Positions 54,841 to 63,914 of a stretch of 64,000 nucleotides of DNA are shown in pieces. The number at the start of each line of letters is the position of its first letter. Position 1 is the stretch's first letter. The notes beneath the pieces are model-generated. The model had not been told where the DNA came from, did no database searches, and worked only from the letters and a program-made list of their open reading frames with translations. The stretch is from Amoebidium appalachense (taxonomy: Eukaryota; Protista; Ichthyosporea). The translations under genes were made by a program, and so were the position numbers. The stretch is from contig CAVNZM010000008.1 in the NCBI GenBank assembly GCA_963693365.1, positions 2,510,313 through 2,574,312 of the forward strand, written 5' to 3'.

Positions 54841-55340
54841 CTCATGTGTGTGTGTGTGTGTGTGTGTGCGTGTGTGTATGTGTGTTTAAGTGTTGTGTGT
54901 GTGTGGGTGTGTGCGTGTGTGTGTGCGTGTGTGTATGTGTGTTTAAGTGTTGTGTGTGTGTGGGTGTGTGCGTGTGTGTGTGCGTGTGTATGTTTAAGTG
55001 TTGTGTGTGTGTGGGTGTGTGCATGTGTGTGTGCGCGTGTGTATGTGTGTGTGTGTGTGCGTGTGTGTGTGTTTGTGTGTATGTGTGTGTGTGGGTGTGT
55101 GTATGTGTGTTTAAGTGTTGTGTGTATGTGTGTATGTGCGTTTAAGTGTTGTGTGTGTGTGGGTGTGTGCATGTGTGTGTGCGCGTGTGTATGTGTGTGT
55201 GTGTGTATGTGTGTATGTGCGTTTAAGTGTTGTGTGTGTGTGGGTGTGTGCATGTGTGTGTGCGCGTGTGTATGTGTGTGTGTGTGTATGTGTGTATGTG
55301 CGTTTAAGTGTTGTGTGTATGTCTGTGTATGTCTGTGTTA
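54841..55340. repeat. Compound (TG)n satellite punctuated by TTTAAGTGTTGTGTG (7 copies)
   Basis: Motif at ~54885, 54942, 54993, 55110, 55141, 55222 and 55303, lying between convergent genes. Confidence 0.9.
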
Positions 55341-55557
55341 ACATAGTAACGCGCATTGGCCGCTCCCATTGCTCCCGTGTTTTTATATTTTGCTGTGCTT
55401 TATTGTCGTTGCCTTTTACAACCATGGTTCTAGACCATATGCATGACCAAGAAAATTAAGCTTAACAAATATCATATCATTGTAGAAGCCATATGCATAC
55501 AACTACATCAAAAAACGCATACTGTGCAACTGCCTTCCCCACAAAGGTGCATATCTC

Positions 55558-56892
55558 TTAGGCCATAAACTTGTCCAGGGTGGTCTGTGCGTACTTGTCC
55601 AGCTGGTCACCAAACACAAGCTCCAGCTCGGCCTTCTGCACCAGGCAGACGCCCATGCGCGCAAAAACACGAAGCACGGCATAGAGCTGGTTGTAGGTCA
55701 GGTGGGTGACCTTGGGCACACCGTGGAAGGTGTAGGCCGCCTTGCAGAGTGCCGTGTACAGGTTGATGTGCGAGCGGTACACAGCCTGGTCGGGATCCAC
55801 GTTCATGTGCGACTTGATGAGCCAGTTCCAGTAGGCGGGGTCGTACAGGTGCTCGAACCCCTCGTGGGAGCGCCACAGCAGCACGGCAGCGTCGTGGAAC
55901 ACCTTGCGCGCCAGCTCCCGCCCGTAGTCCGTCTCCATGCAGCGGCTGTTGGGCGAGGTGCCGGGGGGCAGGGACACGATGCGCTGGGGGTGGTTGTCGT
56001 CGCCCTCGTAGATGGCAAGGCGCTCGTTGGCAGAGTCCAGGAGCTCGGCCGTCCTCTCATACCACTCGTCGGTTTTCTCCAGGGTGGCCGACAACAGGGC
56101 TGCCCGGGTCTCGGCTTCGCGTGCGCGGGCCTCGATGGCAGCGAGGGAGGCAACAGCCTGTTCCTTGTGGGTGTTGGCCAGATGGGCAAAGGCCTCGATG
56201 ACCCCAGTGGCCCACACACTGACAGCGCTGCCCAGAAGACCTGTCGACCTAGCAGCAGCAATGCGAAAGCCCCTGGGTGTCAACAAGTGATCCTGTCCCG
56301 GGCGGCCTCCACTGCTCTGTGTAATGCAAATAATAATTGTTAGAAAAGGCAGTTGAAATTTTCCGGCACGGTGCCGGGAAAGTGATGACATCACGCGATG
56401 CACCAACAACCAATCAAACCTTTTCCGGCACGGTGCCGGGAAAGTGATGACATCACGCGATGCACCAACAACCAATCAAACCTTTTCCGGCACGGTGCCG
56501 GGAAAGTGATGACATCACGCGATGCACCAACAACCAATCAATATTTTTCCGGCACCGTGCTTATCACAACAGAAATACCCTTAGCTTACCTCCATCTCAA
56601 TGACATTGTAGTGCCCGGCCGGAACCTCAGGATGGATCCCCTTGCGCCCCTTGAACATGGTTCTTGTGAAGTCGTCATAGCGACCATACCCCAGCAGCTG
56701 GTAGATGGCGCGCCCAGAGATGCTCTCGGTGGTTTGCACCAGGAACGGGTCGAGGAAGCGCAACACCTTGGCCACCACATCATCCCCCACAGTGCCCAGC
56801 AGCTGCTCAAGCTCGGGAGAGATGGGGGGGAAGCCGGCCTCGCGGGCGCAAGCAATGTTGAGGCGCTCATAGATGGCGTAGGTGGAAGCCAT
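55558..56892 (-). CDS. Two-exon antirepressor-like (AntA/Bro-type) DNA-binding protein with coiled coil, ~353 aa (exons 56590-56892 and 55558-56316)
   Basis: Donor GAG|GTAAGC, CTAAC branch point and acceptor ACACAG| define a phase-0 intron. The joined protein reads ISGRAIYQLLGY...YNVIEME|SSGGRPGQDHLLTPRGF, resembling the AntA pattern VSARELH..LG...DY...GGRP..DY.LT. TATATAAA and CCAAT boxes lie upstream. Confidence 0.72.
56359..56560. repeat. 62-bp palindromic tandem array (3 full copies plus 1 partial) filling the intron 56317-56589
   Basis: Unit: TTTTCCGGCAC-G-GTGCCGGGAAA (near-perfect 23-bp palindrome), GTGATG-A-CATCAC, then AACCAATCA. Units start at 56359, 56421, 56483 and 56545. Confidence 0.95.
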
Positions 56893-56983
56893 GTTTGCAG
56901 GTGGAAGAGTTGGTGCTTTGTAGTTTGGGGGTTGTGTGCTGTGTGTGTACCGTGAAGGTACTGGCTGCCAAGCGCGAGTCGCG

Positions 56984-57210
56984 TTTATATAGGGGGCTGC
57001 CGGCGCTTCATTGGTTGTACGCTTCATTGGTTGTAGGAGGAGAGGAATGGAATCCAGCATTTGATTGGAGAGGATTGGGGAGAAATACTGGTCCCAGATG
57101 ATTGGGTCGATTTGTTCGGCGCTACATGCACTTTCTACACATATGCTGCATGCCATTCTCCTCTCCAATCGAATGCTGCATTCCTTCTACACCCAATGAA
57201 GCACCGCTTT
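56984..57210 (-). promoter_or_regulatory. Pol II-type promoter: TATA box plus multiple CCAAT boxes in both orientations (mirror copy at ~62660-62900)
   Basis: CCCCTATATAAA ~95 bp upstream of the ATG. ATTGG occurs five times and CCAAT twice within 200 bp, and the region is internally quasi-palindromic. Confidence 0.65.
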
Positions 57211-57290
57211 ACGTGTGCTCACACACTGTCACAAACCCAATGTAACTGTGCTTTTCCATTGTAATATATAATAGCGCTATCATCCGTAAG

Positions 57291-57350
<60 letters not shown>

Positions 57351-57416
57351 ATAGCGCTAGAGTTGTGTAGCGCTGAAAGCGAATTGTGAAGGCGCTCCCA
57401 TCGGTGAGTTGGGTTG

Positions 57417-57873
57417 CACTCACCGACTATCCAATCAAATCACTGCAAAGACATCATCGGCAATTTCATTATTCAAACTGTCGGGATGCGCGCGATTTGA
57501 TTGGTGAGTTGAAGAGTTGCTACAGAAACCGACTTTCCATACCCCACACACCACACATTACAGTATCATTCTTGTTAATGTAGGTATCTATATAAATATA
57601 TAAATATATATATTATACTAAAATAAAAGACATATGAACTTCACTTTTGTAAATATTTATTATATATTTATAATAAATGAACATTGAAGTAGTCTTCCAA
57701 GTATAGCAGTATGATATATATAGATGTATGTGTGTGTGGTGTGTGGGGTATGGAAAGTCGGTTTCTGTAGCAACTCTTCAACTCACCAATCAAATCGCGC
57801 GCATCCCGACAGTTTGAATAATGAAATTGCCGATGATCTCTTTGCAGTGATTTGATTGGATAGTCGGTGAGTG
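57417..57873. repeat. 141-bp near-perfect inverted repeat around a 175-bp very AT-rich spacer
   Basis: Arms at 57417-57557 and 57733-57873 (CACTCACCGACTATCCAATCAAATC...ACCCCACACACCACACA and its reverse complement). Confidence 0.95.
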
Positions 57874-57926
57874 GCATCACACTTACCAATCATAGCGCTA
57901 TTATATAAATATGAGATTAAAGGGTA

Positions 57927-58412
57927 ATCTGCGCGATGCTGTACTGCACGATGACATCTCTTCTCCATTTCATCAGAAGTAATGGAAAATCGTTTGAAGT
58001 ACACTATGTATGCCGATGTTATACTATGTAGAGACAGGTACATGTATATATATATATATATATGTGTGTGTAGACAAACAATCGTTAGTGCAGCCAATGG
58101 GACTGCGGGGTTCGTGTCAAACCTTTGATGAGCGATATAATATGGACCATCACGGTGGCTGCTGATCGGCACAGTCTCTGTAGTTTCGAATCTGCGCGAT
58201 GCTGTACTGCACGATGACATCTCTTCTCCATTTCATCAGAAGTAATGGAAAATTGTTTGAAGTACGAAAAAAAAAATGGAGAATTCGACGTCGTCGACTG
58301 CTTTACCGTAGCTTATAACGGAATGCGGAGCACGGCAATAAAGGCCCGGAAACTGATGCTGCAGCAGAATCGTGCTCTGTTTGAAAAAGAAACCACGGTC
58401 TCGGGTGCACGT
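57927..58412 (+). pseudogene. Two truncated duplicates of the promoter and 5' end of the 583-aa gene
   Basis: AATCTGCGCGATGCTGTACTGCACG occurs at ~57927, ~58190 and ~58685. Segment ~57998-58412 repeats ~58495-58897, with A10 instead of A9 (frameshift) and truncation. Confidence 0.85.
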
Positions 58413-58693
58413 TAAACATTGGGCTTTTTATTACTTTCTACCTTACAAACATATATACTTATATTTTAAATATAAACATTAGTATGGATGTAAAAGTACA
58501 CTATGTATGCCGATGTTATACTATGTAGAGACAGGTACATGTATATATATATATGTGTGTGTGTGTAGACAAACAATCGTTAGTGCAGCCAATGGGACTG
58601 CGGGGTTCGTGTCAAACCTTTGATGAGCGATATAATATGGACCATCACGGTGGCTGCTGATCGGCACAGTCTCTGTAGTTTCGAATCTGCGCG

Positions 58694-60445
58694 ATGCTGT
58701 ACTGCACGATGACATCTCTTCTCCATTTCATCAGAAGTAATGGAAAATTGTTTGAAGTACGAAAAAAAAATGGAGAATTCGACGTCGTCGACTGCTTTAC
58801 CGTAGCTTATAACGGAATGCGGAGCACGGCAATAAAGGCCCGGAAACTGATGCTGCAGCGGAATCGTGCTCTGTTTACCACGGTCTCGGGTGCACGTGGC
58901 TCCCACTATTACTTTGCCCCTGCGGACACAATCAGCCAAATGTTAATGGCCACCGAGAGCGCCACATCCGCGGAGTTTTTAGAGGCAGACGGCGAGCGCT
59001 TCTTCCGCGCGATAGGCGCCTCTCAGACCCAAGTGGACCAAGTAGTTCAAATGCGCGAAAGAATCACACGACGCCGCCCACCCGGCCACCCTTGCGCTAT
59101 CTCGCGGACGGTTATGACGGCAGAGGACAGCGAGCAGGATGTGCCCACACATGACGTCTCTGCAAACAACGCGAGTGCGTCGACAGCGGGTAAACAGAAC
59201 CCACTCTTGTTGCCACCCCCCCTGCCTAACTACGAGCAGGCTGTACACCACGGTGAGCCTGGCGACGAGCACAACTACCACTCCATACTGCACGTAGCGG
59301 CGAAGCAGGCAGAAGCGACTGCACTCGCCGCGAAAGTAGCGGGTTTTCAACACGAGGAGTTTAAATTAAAACTCCAACTTGAGCACGACGAGCGCGAGAT
59401 GAAGCGTCGGCACGACGAGAGGATGATGGAACTCCGTATACAAAATACACGCCTCGAGATAGAACTGAGAAGGATGGGAACAAACGAACAGAGGGAACAG
59501 GAGACGGTGATGGATGCCGAGAGGGGGCATGTGGCGAATATCGTGGATGTGGCGGAGGTCGTGGACGGGGCAGACAGGGATGGAGGGACGGGGGCAGACG
59601 GGGAAATGGTCGAGGCGGACGGGGGCGGGGAGACCCAAATGCCTGAGGGACACGGGGAGGATCATCCGTTGTGTAACGACTGTGATAACGAGGAGATGGG
59701 TGTAAAGGAGACGGAACACGAACAGGAGAGCACAGTGACAGAGGAACGGCGTGCCGCGCAAGAGGATAAACTGAAACGGCTACAAGATATTATCAGCAGT
59801 GCCCGAGGGTTCGAGCGGGCCTACCGCGATGAAATTTATGACAACCCCGTCTACGACGAACGCGGCGTCAACCGCATCCTTGTATTTTATCAGCAGACAC
59901 TGGAGAGCCTCATCCTACTGGTCGACGGCGTGCGGGATAGCACGGACACGGATATCGTCCGCGCCAAAGGAAAACGGGTTGTCGACGAGATCCAGGGGCT
60001 TCTCGCCAAGGCCGACGCGCAGCACACAGCACCCCAAAAGCGCCCTGCTTCGGACACCCGCGCCGCCGACACCAGAAGTGCTAAGCGCACCAAGAGGACG
60101 CCCACTCACAGGGAGCGGCTAGTTAGCAAATTCTTCGAGTGGCTCAAGGAATCGGCCCCCTGTGGTGCGGTCTATCTTCTTCGTCACCTCAGGGACCTGT
60201 TCCACAAGAAGGCTAGCAGTGAGAGCAGGACTTTCGCACGAGCGCCTCTGTCTACGGATGAAGTAGCTAGGTTTTTGGGCAAGCAGGTAACTGTGTATTT
60301 TAGGGCTATAGACAAGATAGAGGTGATGCGCCATAAAAAAGGGGAAGTTTATGCTGTGAAATTCCCTAGGAACCGTTTAGGAAAGCCCGGCTATCCGTGC
60401 CATAAGGCAAGAGGGTACTTTCTCGGGAATCTGGTGTGTGCTTGA
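58694..60445 (+). CDS. 583-aa protein with coiled coil, acidic linker, BAG-like domain, NLS-like stretch and basic C-terminal domain
   Basis: Long intronless ORF. QTLESLILLVDGVRDSTDTDIVRAKGKRVVDEIQGLLAKAD fits the BAG helix 2-3 pattern (E.L...LL.LDGV...VR..RK..V..IQ.LL..LD). PQKRP and KRTKR follow. Confidence 0.75.
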   Translation: MLYCTMTSLLHFIRSNGKLFEVRKKNGEFDVVDCFTVAYNGMRSTAIKARKLMLQRNRALFTTVSGARGSHYYFAPADTISQMLMATESATSAEFLEADGERFFRAIGASQTQVDQVVQMRERITRRRPPGHPCAISRTVMTAEDSEQDVPTHDVSANNASASTAGKQNPLLLPPPLPNYEQAVHHGEPGDEHNYHSILHVAAKQAEATALAAKVAGFQHEEFKLKLQLEHDEREMKRRHDERMMELRIQNTRLEIELRRMGTNEQREQETVMDAERGHVANIVDVAEVVDGADRDGGTGADGEMVEADGGGETQMPEGHGEDHPLCNDCDNEEMGVKETEHEQESTVTEERRAAQEDKLKRLQDIISSARGFERAYRDEIYDNPVYDERGVNRILVFYQQTLESLILLVDGVRDSTDTDIVRAKGKRVVDEIQGLLAKADAQHTAPQKRPASDTRAADTRSAKRTKRTPTHRERLVSKFFEWLKESAPCGAVYLLRHLRDLFHKKASSESRTFARAPLSTDEVARFLGKQVTVYFRAIDKIEVMRHKKGEVYAVKFPRNRLGKPGYPCHKARGYFLGNLVCA

Positions 60446-60593
60446 TAAGGCCAACGGGCTTGGCGAAGTGAAAACGTGGTTGTAAAAATGCATTAAAACA
60501 CCCCCTTCCGGTCCGGTCCGACCCCTTTGGACCGCAGTCTGGTCCGGTTCGGTCTGAACAGGAGTCCTCGCCCGGCAGAGTCCCCCCCCCCCC

Positions 60594-60638
60594 GCCCGTG
60601 TGTATGTGCTTTTGTGCCCCCATATCCCCCCTGCCCCC

Positions 60639-60684
<46 letters not shown>

Positions 60685-60755
60685 CCGCCCCCCTCCCCCC
60701 CCCCCCCCCCCCCCGTGTGTATGTGCTTTTGTGCCCCCATATCCCCCCTGCCCCC

Positions 60756-60795
<40 letters not shown>

Positions 60796-60863
60796 CGCCC
60801 CCCTCCCCCCCCCCCCCCCCCGTGTGTATGTGCTTTTGTGCCCCCATATCCCCCCTCCCCCCA

Positions 60864-60900
<37 letters not shown>

Positions 60901-61035
60901 CCCCTCCCCCCCCCCGTGTGTATGTGCTTTTGTGCCCCCATATCCCCCCCCCCCCCCCACCCGTGTGTATGTTCTTGTGCCCCCATATCCCCCCCCCCCC
61001 CCCCGTGTGTATGTGCTTTTGTGCCCCCATATCCC
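60594..61035. repeat. Minisatellite CCCGTGTGTATGTGCTTTTGTGCCCCCATATCCCCCC (6 copies) separated by C and CA tracts
   Basis: Copies at ~60595, 60712, 60820, 60913, 60960 and 61002. Confidence 0.9.
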
Positions 61036-61046
61036 CCCCTCCCCCC

Positions 61047-61084
<38 letters not shown>

Positions 61085-61116
61085 CGCCCCCCCCCAAAAA
61101 AAAAAAAAAAAAATAA

Positions 61117-61168
<52 letters not shown>

Positions 61169-61189
61169 TGCACACAGACGCACACACAC

Positions 61190-61215
61190 ACCATCACATC
61201 TGTGTGCTTCGAACA

Positions 61216-61297
<82 letters not shown>

Positions 61298-61441
61298 GCA
61301 CACAGACGCACACACACACCATCACATCTGTGTGCTTCGAATTCACTTGAGTGAGCAGGTAAGTGATTACAGACGGTACAAAGTGTGCAAAGCAAGGATC
61401 TGCGCTCCCTCCCTCCCCCCCCCCCATCCCCCACACCGTCA

Positions 61442-61509
<68 letters not shown>

Positions 61510-61661
61510 ACACACGTTGCACACAGACACACACACACACCATCACATCTGTGTGCTTCGAATTCACTTGAGTGAGCAGGTAAGTGATTACAGACGGTAC
61601 AAAGTGTGCAAAGCAAGGATCTGCGCTCCCTCCCTCCCCCCCCCCATCCCCCACACCGTCA

Positions 61662-61760
<99 letters not shown>

Positions 61761-61766
61761 ACACCA

Positions 61767-61806
<40 letters not shown>

Positions 61807-62140
61807 ATCACATCTGTGTGCTTCGAATTCACTTGAGTGAGCAGGTAAGTGATTACAGACGGTACAAAGTGTGCAAAGCAAGGATCTGCGCTCCCTCCCT
61901 CCCCCCCCCCCATCCCCCACACCGTCACCACACACACACACACACACACAACACACACACACACACACCACCACCACACCCCACACACACACCATCACAT
62001 CTGTGTGCTTCGAATTCACTTGAGTGAGCAGGTAAGTGATTATAGACGGTACAAAGTGTGCAAAGCAAGGATCTGCGCTCCCTCCCTCCCCCCCCCCCCA
62101 TCCCCCACACCGTCACACACACACACACACACACACACAC

Positions 62141-62176
<36 letters not shown>

Positions 62177-62308
62177 ACACACACACCATCACATCTGTGT
62201 GCTTCGAATTCACTTGAGTGAGCAGGTAAGTGATTACAGACGGTACAAAGTGTGCAAAGCAAGGATCTGCGCTCCCTCCCTCCCCCCCCCCCATCCCCCA
62301 CACCGTCA

Positions 62309-62378
<70 letters not shown>

Positions 62379-62498
62379 CATCACATCTGTGTGCTTCGAA
62401 TTCACTTGAGTGAGCAGGTAAGTGATTACAGACGGTACAAAGTGTGCAAAGCAAGGATCTGCGCTCCCTCCCTCCCCCCCCCACCCCCCACACCGTCA

Positions 62499-62500
<2 letters not shown>
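61190..62500. repeat. Tandem array of a ~120-bp conserved core (6 full copies plus 1 partial) spaced by variable (CA)n
   Basis: Core CCATCACATCTGTGTGCTTCGAATTCACTTGAGTGAGCAGGTAAGTGATTACAGACGGTACAAAGTGTGCAAAGCAAGGATCTGCGCTCCC at ~61319, 61540, 61805, 61992, 62186 and 62378. Confidence 0.95.
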
Positions 62501-62568
<68 letters not shown>

Positions 62569-62989
62569 TATACTGATGATAGCGCTATTATATATTAGAA
62601 TGGAAAAGTTGGCACTTTGGAGTTACATGGGGTTGTGACAGGTGTGTGAGCACCGTAAAGCGGCGCTTCATTGGGTGTAGAAGGAGGGGGGGAATGCAGC
62701 ATTCGATTGGTTAGGGGAATGGCATGCAGCATATGTGTAGAAAGTGCACGTAGCGCCGAACAAGCCGAACAAATCGACCCAATCATCTGGGACCAGTATT
62801 CTCTTGCACTCCTCTCCAATCGAATGCTGGATTCCATTCCTCTCCTCCTACAACCAATGAAGCGTACAACCAATGAAACGCCGGACGCCCCCTATATAAA
62901 CACAGCAAGCGCTGGACAGCCAGCACCTTTACGGTACACACACAACACACAACCCCCAAACCCAAAGCCCCAACCTTCCACCAGCGACC

Positions 62990-63292
62990 ATGGCTTCCAC
63001 CTACGCCATCTACGAGCGCCTCAACATTGCCGGTGCCAAAGAGGCCGGCTTCCCTCCCATCTCCCCCGAGCTCGAGCGCCTGCTGGGCACCGTGGGCGAC
63101 GACGTGGTGGTCAAGGTGCTGCGCTTCCTCGACCCGTTCCTGCTGGACACCACCGAGACCATCTCCGGGCGCGCTGTGTTCCGGCTGCTGGGGTATGGCA
63201 GCTACAACGAGTTTGTGAGAGCTATGTTCAGGGGGCAGAAAGGTTCTCCTGCCTTTGTCCCGCCTAACAACTACCGTGCTGTTGAGATGGAG
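62990..63292 (+). CDS. Exon 1 of a second antirepressor-like paralogue (exon 2 presumably beyond the window, or lost)
   Basis: 101 aa, with 74/101 identical to 56590-56892 by manual count. Ends at the same position with GAG|GTATGA. TATA and CCAAT promoter upstream. Confidence 0.75.
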
Positions 63293-63914
63293 GTATGAAC
63301 ACTCCCTCTGATGCAAGTGCGACACTTGCTAGTAGGTCGAGCTTGTTTTTAGATGAGCCTGTCAAAATAATTGATACCTGCATTGGATCACAATATCCTG
63401 GTTCTACAGTCACAACCACATTGTGTTCCATGAGAGACTCTATGACAAACGAGTAGAACAAGTCTGGTGCTCTACCAAACAAGTGGACGCGTTTACGATG
63501 ACCAGGGTAGTACTTTCCATAGATTAGAACCTGTCCGAGAGCATGTTTCCATGAGCGGACATGTTTCACTTCGATTACATCGCTATCCGTCAACAAGTCT
63601 ATTTCTCCAGCAGGCACTGTTCTTTTCGCGCCTCCTTCTCTTTTCTGTAGATTTGCACAGATCTTCTTCTCTGACTGGTTCTTTCCGAGTGTCTGTTCGA
63701 GCCTTTTGGCCAGTTTGCTGTAAGCACGATCAGTTAGAAAAAACGATTTGCCTGGCATGCCCCTGCTACCTGTGCGTACTCTTGTAACTCTGTAATCTAC
63801 ATTCTCTACCCAACCCAGTCGTCTTATGGTCCGTATTATATTCTCAGTCATTCTATTTCTTGATAGCCCATACTTGCGCGCTATGGTATCTGCGCTCATT
63901 TGGATGCTCACCAT
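63264..63914 (-). CDS. AntA-like DNA-binding domain fused to a PD-(D/E)xK restriction-like nuclease, 216 aa
   Basis: N-terminal WVENVDY...GMPGKSFFLT. C-terminal SEKKI...PAGEIDLLTDSDVIEVKHVRSWKHALGQVLIYGKYYP...RVHLFG carries the E..D..EVK catalytic residues and the GQ..Y helix. Visibly more AT-rich than neighbouring ORFs. Confidence 0.8.
   Translation of the reverse strand: MVSIQMSADTIARKYGLSRNRMTENIIRTIRRLGWVENVDYRVTRVRTGSRGMPGKSFFLTDRAYSKLAKRLEQTLGKNQSEKKICANLQKREGGAKRTVPAGEIDLLTDSDVIEVKHVRSWKHALGQVLIYGKYYPGHRKRVHLFGRAPDLFYSFVIESLMEHNVVVTVEPGYCDPMQVSIILTGSSKNKLDLLASVALASEGVFIPPSQQHGSC

Larger units (their letters stand above)
56590..63292. repeat. Large inverted repeat pair: arms ~56590-57350 and ~62500-63292
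   Basis: Exon 1, TATA box, CCAAT array, the CTTTTCCATTGTAATATATAATAGCGCTATCATC motif and the adjacent (GT)n/(CA)n tract are mirrored between the arms. Confidence 0.92.

Noticed and set aside
55558-56475. Standalone 305-aa ORF starting within the repeat array
   Set aside because: It has a non-ATG start inside repeats. Splicing to the upstream exon uses canonical signals and restores a coherent domain.
56359-56560. CRISPR array from palindromic repeats
   Set aside because: The units are identical end to end with no unique spacers.
56984-57210. Histone genes suggested by the CCAAT/TATA bidirectional-style promoter
   Set aside because: The adjacent ORFs show no histone-fold sequence.
61190-62500. 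CRISPR-like array (constant core with variable spacers)
   Set aside because: The core is ~120 bp, the spacers are only (CA)n of varying length, there are no cas genes, and the context is eukaryotic.
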